A DNA stretch of 63,528 nucleotides, counting the filler, from Octopus bimaculoides (taxonomy: Eukaryota), in the NCBI RefSeq assembly GCF_001194135.2. It is 7 parts of 7 records of this genome, joined end to end, with 100 filler letters (N's around TTAATTAATTAA, not from the genome) between each part and the next. Parts side by side here need not be neighbours in the genome. Positions count along the whole stretch, not along the records: positions 1 to 25,665 come from NC_068997.1; 6 more parts are not named here. One strand, given 5' to 3'. The notes under the pieces are model-generated. The model did not search any database. It was not told where the DNA came from and was given only the letters and a program-made list of their open reading frames with translations. Position 1 is the stretch's first letter, and each line of letters starts with the position of its first letter. Both the position numbers and the translations under genes were made by a program. Below are positions 1-13,732 of this stretch, piece by piece.

Positions 1-378
1 CCCCCCCCCCCATCAACCCTATAATGTCATTCTAAAAATAAACAATCATATTGAAACCTCGAAGCAACAAGATAATGCTTGATTAGTTCAAAAACAATAT
101 TAATTAATAAGTTTATATTTAACAGAATAATCTGAATACTAAAGGGCTAAACCAACCACAGAGTATTACCGGAATTTCTTTTTAGAGAGAGTAAAATGTG
201 TTACATTAATATAATACGAAGAGCATAACTCAGAATAATGGAAAGAAAGTAAGAATTTGTTATGCCAATAATAACACATGCACTGGTTCAATTCCACTTC
301 TTTATTGTTAGTCAATTGGTTAAATATCTAACCAACTAACCAACCAACATACAAACATAACCAAATGCTCACACACGT

Positions 379-422
<44 letters not shown>

Positions 423-1697
423 TTATTAATTGAACATGACTGACACAAACACGTTCCATCTCCTCAGATACATAAAGAGAAATATGACCACACACATAAA
501 CAGACAGAGCTAAATAGAGGGGAGGAGAGGAATAGAGAGAGAAAGGAGAGAAAGAGGGAGTGAAAGAAGTATAAAAATGTCTGATGTCAAATAAATAAGC
601 ATGGAATCAGCAATGCCAAATAGGCAGCACCAGTTGTGCCAAAAGGTCTCATAATTCTATTGTTGAGGAATGGCAGAGTCATTAGAGTGCTGTATAAGAT
701 GCGTAGTAGTAGTTGTTCTGACTACCTGTGCTCTAAGTTCAAATCACACTAACATTAACTTTGTCTCCCGCCTTTCTGTGATTGATAAAAAAAAAGTATT
801 AATCTGAAATGGTGGATTGGTGAAAATGCCTCGCTCTGTTTCAGCTCTTTGTATTCTGAGAACAATGTCTTTTCCTTAGATAAATGTTGATGCTGGTAGC
901 ACAGAGAGTAATTATCTGTCTTCCTCAAAAGCTCTTGTCTATAACTGCACACAAATGTACAAATGCTTTGTCAAAGTTGACTGATGAGCATAATGTCCAT
1001 TTGACCATATAAGGCCAAACTTCTGCACCCTTGGTACCAGACAAGTTGAGCAGCTGACCATTTGACTCACTCTTTGCACAGATATGGAGAACATAGCAAC
1101 CTAGCAATCAATCAGGTCTTTATTGTATTGTCTTGAATCCTTTAAGCATTCAAATTACTCTATCAAATACAATGCCTTTTCTACTCACATTGTCTCGGAT
1201 TAATCATGCATATTCTTGTTGTTTCGAGATTTCAACAATGATTGTGTAATTTAAGAATGACATTGTAGGGTAGGTGTGAGAAGCTGGATCTGGCCAGTTT
1301 GAACATAAAACAGGCAGAATATTTGGGTCCCTTATGCACAAAGCACCAAAGCTGAATGAGAAACCATTTGTTGGCTTCTGTTTTTAACCAGGTTAACAAC
1401 ATGTACACGAACTACTTTTCATACCACTTGTATGCTATGATCTACATGCATACATGTGCTACACAAATGGAATGTTGTCATGAAGAGATTTTACTTCGTG
1501 TTTTCCCCCCTACATTGCCAAACTACTCTTGTCTGTCTGATTTTACTATGAGACGTGTCTTAGACAAATGAAACACAAAACTGCCTTATCTCTTTTCTGC
1601 CAGGGTAATTATAGAAATAAAACTTTTCCTTCAACACAAATTATTCAATTATTTATACATGTGTTTGTGTGGGGGGTGGGGGGTGAGAGAGAGAGAG

Positions 1698-1750
<53 letters not shown>

Positions 1751-2472
1751 ATACACAACACAGGCTTGGTTGTATGGCTATGACATTTACTTCCCAACCA
1801 CTTGAGTTCAAGTTCAAATAAACAGTATAGCATATTGGACACCAGGCTAAGCAGACCATTGAGAGTGGATTTGGTAGATGGAAACTGAAAGAAGCCTGTT
1901 GTTAATACATGTCTCTTTCATCATCATCCTCATCATCATCATTTAATGATCACTTTTCCATGCTTGCATGTGTCGGATGGACTTTGTTGAGGCTAGATAC
2001 CCTATCACAACCTGTTTCCAAGCATGTTTTTGCAGAATATTGGGAATGAATGACATTCATTTAAAACAACCACATGATGTCTAGATAAGGAGGTGCATGC
2101 ACACATGCATACGCACACACACAGACACACAGAGGCATGTATAGAAGAGGGTGACCCAGGAAGACATGAGGCAAAGTACTGAAGGACAGCCTCACAACAC
2201 TGAACCTTTTGGAGGACCGAAATATCTGGCACCTAGTTGTACTCAAGAAGACTCGTCCTCCATAGCAGAAGTGTTCAGGCTACTTCCCCTAATGAAGAAG
2301 ATCGACCTGCATGAGTCAAGAGTCCTGTGCTAGTACCACATAAAAAGCACTCATGATGGAACACCATTAAAAGCACTGAATACACACCGTAAAATAGTTG
2401 GCATTAGGAAAGGAGTCCAGCCATAGAAACCAATCCAATTCAGACAGGAATCAGATGCAGGTCTCCTGCTTG

Positions 2473-2553
2473 CCAGCACCGGTCAAGCCATCCAGCACCG
2501 GTCAAGCCATCCAGCACCGGTCAAGCCATCCAGCACCGGTCAAGCCATCCAGC
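2473..2553. repeat. Four perfect copies of the 19-mer CCAGCACCGGTCAAGCCAT plus a partial copy
   Basis: Read directly from the sequence; it is an expansion inside an RTE-type tail. Confidence 0.95.
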
Positions 2554-2590
2554 TTATACCAGCATGGGAAACAGACATTAAAAGATGATG

Positions 2591-2622
<32 letters not shown>

Positions 2623-2658
2623 CTANNNNNNNNNNNNNNNNNNNNNNNNNNNNNNNNN

Positions 2659-2699
<41 letters not shown>

Positions 2700-2862
2700 C
2701 ACTCTCTGAGTGGTTGGCGTTAGGAAGGGCATCCAGCTGTAGAAACTCTGCCAAATCAGATTGGAGCCTGGTGTAGCCATCTGGTTTCACCAGCCCTCAG
2801 TCAAATCGTCCAACCCATGCTAGCATGGGAAGCAGACGTTAAACGATGATGATGATGATGAT
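2700..2862 (+). mobile_element. RTE-type 3' tail ending in (GAT)n; other copies at about 2130-2590, 19195-19330(-), 19560-19690, 24740-25090, 25325-25430(-)
   Basis: GTGGTTGGCGTTAGGAAGGGCATCCAGC...CCAACCCATGCTAGCATGG..AG.GGACGTTAAACGATGATGAT is recurrent. Confidence 0.8.
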
Positions 2863-3592
2863 ATTTATATAGCTACAAACTTAATTTATATTAACAAAAC
2901 CAATTACCTGCAAACCAATTTATTATATGTTGCTTATTGGTTTTAAATTTAGAAAATGTCTAAATTTACTGTCAGTAAGACTTACAACCAACTTTCTTTC
3001 ATAACTATTTGCATTTTTACTGTTCAACTATTTTTCTCCATTTCTTTTCCTTGTTTATCTCTCTTTGAGTGTTTCTTCATTAGTTTGTTCGTTTAGAAGT
3101 TTTCCGTTCTTTTTTTTTTTTGTAACTCAATTTTTATATCAAAGCAAAACTAAAATGCCCCCTCTCCGCCCTCATAACTAATGTGATTAAATATGTCAAG
3201 ATTTTTAGAGGGGAGGGAGAACATCAATTAAATGGAATTGCCAAGACACAATGCAAAAAAAAAAAAGAAAAGAAAATACCAAAAAAAAAAATAAAAATAA
3301 AACTTTAAACAATATATTGAAAAAAAAAAAGAAGGAAATTAAAAACCAACCCAAAAAATAGAGAGGACATTGATGCAGAAAATATCTCAGGCCAAAGCTA
3401 AGGTAAGTGCTGCTAATGGATTTTAAAGGTTAAAAGCAAACACACAGGACCACATAATTAAATACATATGTTCACACATGCATACACACACACACACACA
3501 CATGTGCATTCGAAAGTAAAGACTCTGTACACATCCAGGCATATACATATGACAAAAAAAAGTTACATGAATAAGGATAAGAGCACGTTTAT

Positions 3593-3638
<46 letters not shown>

Positions 3639-3682
3639 GCATACATACATACATACAGAGAGAGAGAGATTGATAGATACAG

Positions 3683-3729
<47 letters not shown>

Positions 3730-3853
3730 CACTCCAATAAACAGTATAGAATGTGAGTGGACAGCAATAATAGAAATATTAGGGTGAGCAATAATGCAAG
3801 GTTGATGCTAAGAGGATATTATTAAAAGGAGGGAGACAAACATTCAGAGTAGG

Positions 3854-3946
<93 letters not shown>

Positions 3947-4159
3947 AGGTGAGAGTAAAAGAAGCTTGGAAGAGGTCAATAACACAAGGTAGTGTAACAG
4001 GAAATTTGTGAGAGTTGGTAGCAGGAGAAAGAGTGACAGTAAGAGGATACAGGTAATACAAAAGGAGGTGAGAGTGGAAGGGGGAGGATATTAAGGTCAG
4101 TAAGGTTCTAAGAATAAAAAGTTATCAAAAGAAGTGGGTGGATGGGGGGGGAAGTAGAG

Positions 4160-4880
4160 GTAAATGGGAGTTGCTGACAAAAGGGGAAGAAATGTCAGTC
4201 AGTAATTGAAGTTGCTAACTGGTATAGAGACAGTAAGAAGAAAGTTTCTAACATAAGAGTGATAACAAAAGAAAGTTGCTCACAGGATTAAGGAGGAGAC
4301 AAGTGGAATGTATGTAAAACAAGGGTGACAGTGAATATAAGTTGTGAACCTGAGAAAGTGACATGTTGGTAATGCAAGGAGAGCAATAGTGTGGCTAGCA
4401 AGAGGAAAAAAATGTCAGTAAGTGAAGTTGCTAACATAAGGGAGATAACAGAAAAGTTGCTAACAGGAGTAGGAGTGAGAGCCAGTGGATTGTGACAAAA
4501 CAAGGTTGATAGTGAACGCAAGTTGCTAACATAAAGGGCAAGTAAGTGTAGCAATAAAGTTGCTAACAGAAGTAAGAATGACACATGAAGTTGCTAACAT
4601 AAATAAGAGGGATAATAAAAGGGAGTCGTTAAGAAGAGAAATAATGACAATAAAAAGTAAGTTGCTAATATATGCAATGACAGCCTGAGAGAAGTTGCTA
4701 GCATGAGTAAAAGTAAATGGAATGATGCTAATCAGAAATGTACCAGCATGTATGAAAATTACTAACAAATAGAAAAAGTGAGAGTAAATATGATAGATAC
4801 TGCTTACAAATTTAATGCTGATAGAAAATGGAAAGTGAGGAAAAGTGACCATTCCTATAAATAGTTGCTTACAAGATGGA
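4160..4880. repeat. Purine-rich degenerate minisatellite with recurrent AAGTTGCTAACA
   Basis: About a dozen GTTGCT(A/G)AC-like motifs occur at irregular spacing (about 30 bp to over 100 bp). Confidence 0.7.
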
Positions 4881-5556
4881 ATATGACCATACCTCCAGTG
4901 CAAAGAAAAGCAAAGTTATATTACAGTATTATTTTGTTATGCCAATTTCATCATACATCTTCAGCTCCCCTCTTATTCCAACGTATATCATATGCATGAA
5001 TATCCCTAGTCTGAGTGCTGAATCAAGTAATATCACCCTTGATAGCTACACCTGTCTCTGTCTTTTGATTTCTGTAAATTTGAATTTATATATATATATA
5101 TATATAATTATATGTATTTCTTCTATCTTAATGAATAAAAATTCTTCGGATAGAATAAATGGGTTAATAGAAACCAATGTAGCAAAGAACACAAAATAAC
5201 TGTGGTTTAGTTCCTGTTTTTAAGGCAGGAACTCCTTGAAATTTTGGGTATTTGAGTATATTTAAAAATTTAAGGAATGGAGAAAACGCATGTTATGCGT
5301 TTTCTCCATTCCTTAAATTTNNNNNNNNNNNNNNNNNNNNNNNNNNNNNNNNNNNNNNNNNNNNNNNNNNNNNNNNNNNNNNNNNNNNNNNNNNNNNNNN
5401 NNNNNNNNNNNNNNNNNNNNNNNNNNNNNNNNNNNNNNNNNNNNNNNNNNNNNNNNTATATATATATATATGTGTTAATATCGAACAGTGAGAATGAGTG
5501 CTCAACAATGCATTTGTGGATAAATATCCTTCTTTATTTGTGAATTAATCAGGCTA

Positions 5557-5682
5557 CCATTGGTTTCAGACTGAGAATTCTCAGCAATTATCAACCCTCC
5601 ATCTTGGATGGAGATGAGTACCAATGGCCCATGTGGGAAGCTAGATAACTGCTGAGTATTCTTCTCAGCATGAAACCAATGG
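5557..5682. mobile_element. Small foldback/MITE-like element (126 bp)
   Basis: The arms CCATTGGTTTCA..CTGAGAA..CTCAGCA.TTATC are inverted about a spacer of about 50 bp. Confidence 0.55.
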
Positions 5683-8600
5683 CAACTTTAACCCACAAAT
5701 AAAGTATATATGTATGAAATATAATCATTTTTTAACTCCAGACATTAGCACAGTGGATTGGTCGAATCATTAGAGAATCAGCTAAATTAACTTTTGGCAT
5801 GTCTTCTTGCTCTTTATATTCTAAGTTCAATGTATAACGTAGTACCTATACTAGAAGTTACCAGCTCTGGACCACAACATCTAGGCCTAGAAACAAGTGA
5901 GTGTTGTTGGCAACAGGAGGGGCATCCAGCCATAGAAACTTTGCCTCAATAAACCCTGTCTGACTCAAGCAAGTGTGGAAAAGAATGCATTAAATGACGA
6001 TGATGACGACATATGTAACAAAATTAAATGTGAAAGCCATTGACTGTCTCTACTGAATTTTTTCTTCCCCTACCCAACAACCACAAGAATTTGTTTAAAA
6101 ATCAACACGGCTGTAACTATCCAAAGTATCTAATAATGAAATAAGAGATTATTTCCAGAAATGTCAGCATTGTAAAATTAATCCATACTAATGTCTTTAA
6201 ATTGAAAAATTCGTTATCCTTTATTTAAGGTCCATATATATACGCAGCATAATTAAATTTTGATTTGATTAATAGTAAATGAAATCAATTTTAAAATAGA
6301 AAATATTCAATTAGCAACACAGGTGTTAATGCCTATATGGTTTTCAGGCAATTACTTTTTTCACAGTTAAAAAGAAATTTACATTCTTTGAATTTTTAAC
6401 ATCTTTATGATTTTGTAACCTCTGGTGCTACTTTGCAAATACCTACAATTCCCAAGTGTCCCTCTTTCCAAATTAGGTTTATTCTTGCAGATAGGAAACA
6501 AAGCTTTGGATTTCTGATAATCTTATCTGCAATATATTTCAAATCAGCACGTAATGAGCCAATGATGGAACCTCTATGTGGTCATTAAACTTCCTAGAAA
6601 TAGCAGCTAAATGTACCTCAAATCATACCTGTCTTAATAACAAGGAAGGTATACTGGGTAATATCTCTTAACTTCTGCCGTTTACTTGTTTCAGTCATTG
6701 TACTGTGACCATGCTGGGGCACCACCTTGAAGGGCTTTACATGAACACATTGATTCTGGTACTTATTTTTTAAAACTAGTACTTATTCTATCAGTTTCTT
6801 TTGCCAACTGCAAAGTTGCAGGGACATAAACAAACCAACACAAATTGTCAAATAGCGTGTAATGACAAACATAAATACAAAGGCACACACACATGCATAA
6901 ATATACAATAGGCTTCCACACAGTTTCCATCTATGAAATTCACAGCCAAAGTATTGGTTGGCCCAGGGTTATAGTAGAAGACATTGCCGAAGGTGCCACG
7001 CAGTGGGACTGAACCTGGAACCATGTAGTTGGGAAGCAAACCTCTTACCCCACACCCACACCTGCACCCATGAGAGCAATTATAAAAGTGAAGGCATCAA
7101 GGAATGGTTCTTTGAGGCATTCTGCTGAGAATCAATTTCTTTGATTGAAAGTACTCAACTTCTGTTGGTTTTAAAAAAAAAAGTCCATGTAACTAAACAC
7201 TATTCTAGTTTTTCATCAAAATTGAGGTATTTTATCCCATTAACAAAAGGTGAGGAGTTTACAACTTCCAAAGAAGTTTTGAAAAGATATGTGAAGTGGT
7301 TTGACAAGAGATGTTTTACTTGTTCTTAGCAGAACTGTCAAGAAATCAACATGGTTTATTGTATCTATTAAATTTACTTCTTTTCTATTACTTAGAAAGC
7401 TGGGTTTGAACTTGAACTCTATATCTATATCCATTCAGTCATGCTATTTCAAAGCAGAAGTAGAAATGTTTTTAGTAGGGAGTAACTTGTTACTTACAGA
7501 TTTAATTGAGTGCAAAGAAAAGAATAAATAATTTACTGATCTAAAGTTCACAGTGTCAGTTTTATACAACAATTGATGATAATAATGACTATCCTCATTA
7601 TCAGCATCACCATCTCAACATGTTCTATCAAGAGAGCAAGCCTTTGATGGTTCATAGCACTGAATCTTTTTATGTTTCTTAATAAAGAGTTATTTTATCA
7701 GCATATTCTGTACTTTGTCTAAGCTGCAACTTTGAAGGCCTTTTTAGGGTCACCTCAACCTGTGATCATCAACAATCTTTAGCACTCATTCTCATCGCTT
7801 GTCATATTCAGAGTCACAAACGGTGAATCCGCAGACTTCTGGGGCATCGAGCTGAGGAGTCAGAGCAGTTCCTTTCCTACATTGTGCCTGTACTCAGCAA
7901 ACTTAGTACACAAACACTAAGTCCACCTAACCTTAAGTAGGTACTGATGAGTGGTATAATTTGTGTCTGTAAGAAGCAGCACTCAGAGATTAACAAATAT
8001 TTAGTTTACGTTAGTGAATTCAACTCCACACATAAACAAAAAAAAGCTACATGCAATAAATCAACTTTCCATTCAGGGAAAAACTTATCCTTGATCTACT
8101 TATAGAGAACTAATGATACAGACTGATCCGGTGAAATATTGCAGTTTAGAGAAAGATTAACTACAACATGCATTTATATTCACATATCTACACTTGTGTA
8201 ACCATCTCTCTTGTTTACTCTAGTCATGATGGCAAGCCACTTCCTCATCTCACTTGTACTCAACCTTTCTACCAAGTAAACATTCTACTTGAATGAGAAA
8301 GTAGGTAAACATTTGTTGCCTGGATAGGCTTCATGTGGAAGCACTTCAATGAGTTATTTTAACAATGGCTTTGCTAATGTCAGGCATAGCATTAGAATTT
8401 ACTAATAGCAGGATGGCAATAATACCTAACAATAGAGTGAATATCATGCAGAACGTCAGTATGTGTTACTTAATTGCTTGTTAACCATAGAATGGACAGT
8501 AGACTAAACTAGAAATAATTCATTCTTTAAACACTTTGAGAGCATATTTCTAATAACAATATACTTCTGCCTTTGCATTTTAATTTGCAAAACAATCAAT

Positions 8601-11600
8601 AATTATGAAGGGTTTCTTGAAATTACTTCCAACTTAATAAAATGCAAATGCTTTCATATTACAGTTCTAATGTTATCAAGTACTAATGAGATTTCAGACC
8701 AAGATTTTGATTTTCATTCAAACACTTTTAGTAGAGCTGGTTTCAAGCAGGTTTGTTTTAAAAGGTTGAACAATTGTGATAGTGTTTCACTATAGTGCTT
8801 AAATTGCTGGACTGTCAATGTAAAGGTTATAAGTTTAAGTGCTGTCATTGATACCAGTTAATGTGTTTAAGCCTGGAACCTTACTAAAAAGAGAATAATT
8901 ATATCTAAAAGAAGATGGTTTCTTTTCATTCACCTTCAGTGAATGTAGTTTTAGCCAGAAGGAGTTGATGTTGGCAGATGGTGTCTAATGGTCATTGCAT
9001 GTTCTGACGCTGAGCCATAACACCTTCCCATTGGCTGGATATTAACTAATGGACTCGGGTATGGTAACTTAATAAAATAGTGTATCTATTTGAAACTAGG
9101 TATTTTTAATTAGTATAAAATACAAAGTGAAGTTGCTACAATAAATAATTAAATAAAATTTATCCCAAGACTTATTTGTATATCTAAATTTACAGAAGCA
9201 TTCAACATATAAGCATAAAGATGTAAGCGTATAGATAAATGTAAGAATGTTAAGGGAAAAGTTTTCCAAATAAAGAGAAAAAATCTATACAAGACTGTCA
9301 TTTAGAAATGTTGATGCAGAAAAATTCCAGATATGACCACCATCCACGTTATGCAAACAAATATGAAAATGTTGGAGAAAAGTGTACATAAATGATTCCT
9401 GCGGCAAACCATTGTCTTCTATAGAAGAAACTCTACATGAGGTTTAGTGTAATCTATTCCATGGCATTTATCATTATTGAGTAGCAATGCATTGTTATCG
9501 AAGACATACTTAGAGAAAAACAGAGTGAAATGTACACCAATGTAATGAAACCATCAATATAGACAAAGTTTCTGATCTGTCAATATTTTGCACTTGTATG
9601 ACAGTACAAAATATCAAGAAATTATAGAAATGGACTATTTCAACTTATAAATACAATTATAGCATTTCTTACACTACCCTTTTTCTTTCAGCACTGTAGC
9701 ATCTTTTCATTTACTTTTTTTTCCTTTTTTCTTGTTTTTCTGTCAAGATTGAAGTAATTTTGTACATTAGAAATGTGCTTTTAGCTTCTTCATACTGTTA
9801 AGGTAATATGAATTTGTACATTGGTTCATTGTCGTGTTTACAAAAGAAATGATCAAATTAATGTACGTTGATAGACTACGGAAGTCTAATAAAGTGACAT
9901 TAGACCACAGTGTATTTTATTCCACATAATGTACAACCAATTTATTTGTGCTTCTGGTATATGTCTCTCAGCAGAAAAGTAGAAGACCTCATATAAGACA
10001 AGGTCACATAAGAATTAATATATTCTAGTGTTAGAGATAAGATGCTTAAAAATCAAGTCTTTGCTATATACGAGATATTGAAAAGATGGGCTGTTTTCCT
10101 CTAGAATTAAGTAGATTGGATGGAAAAGCTGACGGGTAGGGTTTTTTTTTTCTCTTCTTTTTCTGTGTTCTTTCTGAATAGACCAAATGACCATTTCTCA
10201 ACTCCAAGTATTTTCTATGGCTTGGTTTAATAAACAAGATTGTTATATTTAGAGAAATAATTCTCAATATTCCTCGATGTCTCTCTCTTTCTCTTTAACT
10301 ATGTATTAAATTTCTTTTCTGAGCTCATTCAAAAGACAATCAAACCAGCACATGAGAAAGAATTCTCATACGTTCACTGTTCTGAATATAGCCAAATTAA
10401 ACTTTTAGCATATATCTTATCTTTAGAAAGATATTCATAAAAAAAAGTAAAAATGATATATCTACAAGTACACATACACACACACATGTACATATATATA
10501 TTTTCTCTTCATGTAATCGTCTTGCTTTCTTCTGCTCTTTTTATCTATCAGAGTTCTTTATATGGTAAATGAAAAAGTAGAATGAAAGGAGGGTTAGAAC
10601 AAATTCTATTATGCCCTATAATTTTTGTTAAACCAAATATTTCCTTTCAATTTAGACTCCTTAAAAAATTTTTGATAACAAAGAACTGAAGATTTCAAGA
10701 GCAATACATACAAACACACACACACACACGCAGACATGTATATATATATCTTATTACTAGATACACATTCCTAAAAATCAATTTGAATTTTTATTTTGAA
10801 GTATTCAGTTGTTGTAAACACTGATAAGGATTTAACGAAAATATGCCAATATTTTCATTACAATGCTGAGAGAAGAAATTCTGAAATCTAAATAAATGGA
10901 AAAAAAATTCAGTAACACAAAAGAAGAAAATGAAACTCAGTATTTTCTTTTATTATNNNNNNNNNNNNNNNNNNNNNNNNNNNNNNNNNNNNNNNNNNNN
11001 NNNNNNNNNNNNNNNNNNNNNNNNNNNNNNNNNNNNNNNNNNNNNNNNNNNNNNNNNNNNNNNNNNNNNNNNNNNNNNNNNNNNNNNNNNNNNNNNNNNN
11101 NNNNNNNNNNNNNNNNNNNNNNNNNNNNNNNNATATATATATATATATATATATATATAGATTACATATAGATATTTACCAATATATATATATGTAGGTG
11201 TATGTAGACACACACACACGTACACACACACACACACACACACAAAAAGCAGCTGAATTCCAAAATCTTTGATTGTGTATAACTGAAACAACAAGAATAA
11301 AATTAGTTTTGAAAATTTTATACAAAATAGAGGTCAATATGGCATTTTGCATTTTGTTTTTGTATTTATTGTTCTTCCTTTCTTTTTTTTTATCTCTGAT
11401 TTTCCCCTCAAGTTACCTTACTGAATTTTCTTTTGTGGCTGAACCACAGAATTATTGTTATCAAGTGTTTTCTCCAATTTCAATTCATTAAATATTTTTG
11501 TTCTTTTCATTTCTATTATTTTATTTCATTCTGGGTTTGTTTGTCTTTTTTAATCATTTTTGTTTCCATTTTAAAATTCTTTTCATCTTCTTTTTAGTTT

Positions 11601-11926
11601 AATATAAGTGACACTCATCTCCAAGTCACTTGCCAACCAAGTACATCTCTGAAACTTATCTTCAAATGACCTCCCCAAAACAATTTCTTTTTTTTTCCCC
11701 ATTTTTCTCTTCTATTCGTCTTATTCTATTTTCTTTATGGATGTATATTTTCAAATGAAAATAAGATTTTATTCATGTCTTTATATAAATGCTAACTGAA
11801 AATTTTCAAACATTTCATTTGTCTGCTTAATAAAATATATGTATGTATGTATGTATGTACAAACACACACACAAACCATAAAAAAGTCAGGAGGTATGAA
11901 AGATTATATTTATTTAACCACTTGTC

Positions 11927-11968
<42 letters not shown>

Positions 11969-11978
11969 NNNNNNNNNN

Positions 11979-12013
<35 letters not shown>

Positions 12014-12313
12014 TTTGTGTTTATGTTGATGTATGTTTGAATGTCATCTCCAACTTCCATCCTGCCTTTAAAGTTAACTTTCTTCTGTAATCTGTTTGAG
12101 AATTTTTCATTTTTATTTATTTAATTTTTCATTTATTCATTTTCTTTTCCTTTTTACTTTTTGTCTTTCCATCTCTCCGTCTAATTTATATTTATTTCAA
12201 TTATAGTTAGCTTGATCTCATTTCATTTTATATTTTAATCCCTTTGTTATGATGATCACTATTTACAAAGATATACATACATATACATAAATATATATAT
12301 ATATTTATAAACA

Positions 12314-12401
<88 letters not shown>

Positions 12402-13561
12402 NNNNNNNNNNNNNNNNNNNNNNNNNNNNNNNNNNNNNNNNNNNNNNNNNNNNNNNNNNNNNNNNNNNNNNNNNNNNNNNNNNNNNNNNNNNNNNNNNNN
12501 NNNNNNNNNNNNNNNNNNNNNNNNNNNNNNNNNNNNNNNNNNNNNNNNNNNNNNNNNNNNNNNNNNNNNNNNNNNNNNNNNNNNNNNNNNNNNNNNNNNN
12601 NNNNNNNNNNNNNNNNNNNNNNNNNNNNNNNNNNNNNNNNNNNNNNNNNNNNNNNNNNNNNNNNNNNNNNNNNNNNNNNNNNNNNNNNNNNNNNNNNNNN
12701 NNNNNNNNNNNNNNNNNNNNNNNNNNNNNNNNNNNNNNNNNNNNNNNNNNNNNNNNNNNNNNNNNNNNNNNNNNNNNNNNNNNNNNNNNNNNNNNNNNNN
12801 NNNNNNNNNNNNNNNNNNNNNNNNNNNNNNNNNNNNNNNNNNNNNNNNNNNNNNNNNNNNNNNNNNNNNNNNNNNNNNNNNNNNNNNNNNNNNNNNNNNN
12901 NNNNNNNNNNNNNNNNNNNNNNNNNNNNNNNNNNNNNNNNNNNNNNNNNNNNNNNNNNNNNNNNNNNNNNNNNNNNNNNNNNNNNNNNNNNNNNNNNNNN
13001 NNNNNNNNNNNNNNNNNNNNNNNNNNNNNNNNNNNNNNNNNNNNNNNNNNNNNNNNNNNNNNNNNNNNNNNNNNNNNNNNNNNNNNNNNNNNNNNNNNNN
13101 NNNNNNNNNNNNNNNNNNNNNNNNNNNNNNNNNNNNNNNNNNNNNNNNNNNNNNNNNNNNTAAATAAAAGGGGAAGATAGTGTTCAATACATAGTGAAGA
13201 GTTTATTCATAACGTATTTAAACTGAAGATTTGGAGGCTGGTGAAGCTTTATCCTTTGCAGAGCATTCAATAACTTGAGTAGCAACCAAATCTACATCTT
13301 AGAACGTGTGTGTGTGTGTGTGTGTGAGTGTGAGAGAGAGAAGGGGGGTGTTAACAGAAGGATAATCTGGGCATCATGAGGTTGACTTTTATCAACGTGT
13401 TTCATCGTGATGAAATTTTCACTGCTATCCCAATACCCTTAGGAGAGTAGATAACAGTTTTCATTTCAACTTATCTGTACATGGCTGTAGCTGAGGGCTG
13501 ATCATTTTTGAACCACAAAAAATAATAGAACTGCTGCTCTATGTTTCTGCACTATGGCCAG

Positions 13562-13732
13562 ATTTTCCGGTATACAAGTTGACATAGTATGTAGTGTAAA
13601 CAATTAGATGTTGTCATCTTTCCAAATCCTTTTTGCATTTTACGGGGGAATTTTTGGTCTTCTAATGTTGCCAACCTATCTTTTTTTACTGTAAATTTTG
13701 GTCAAAAAATTTCGACTTGTATGCCAGAAAAT
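13562..13732. mobile_element. MITE with 21-bp imperfect TIRs (Tc1/pogo-like)
   Basis: The left end ATTTTCCGGTATACAAGTTGA matches the reverse complement of the right end, ATTTTCTGGCATACAAGTCGA, at 18/21 positions. Confidence 0.65.

Noticed and set aside
3373-3408. ATG…AAG|gtaagt mini-exon (MQKISQAKAK) on the plus strand; similar isolated AG/GT pairs near 8940-9065 and 7208-7250
   Set aside because: There is no recognisable protein and no partner exons, and the 8940-9065 candidate has stops in all frames. Such motifs occur by chance.
7690-7930. GC-richer stretch with IRRLLGHRAEESEQFL, faintly gag-like
   Set aside because: There are stops in all frames and only weak remembered similarity, so it cannot be supported.
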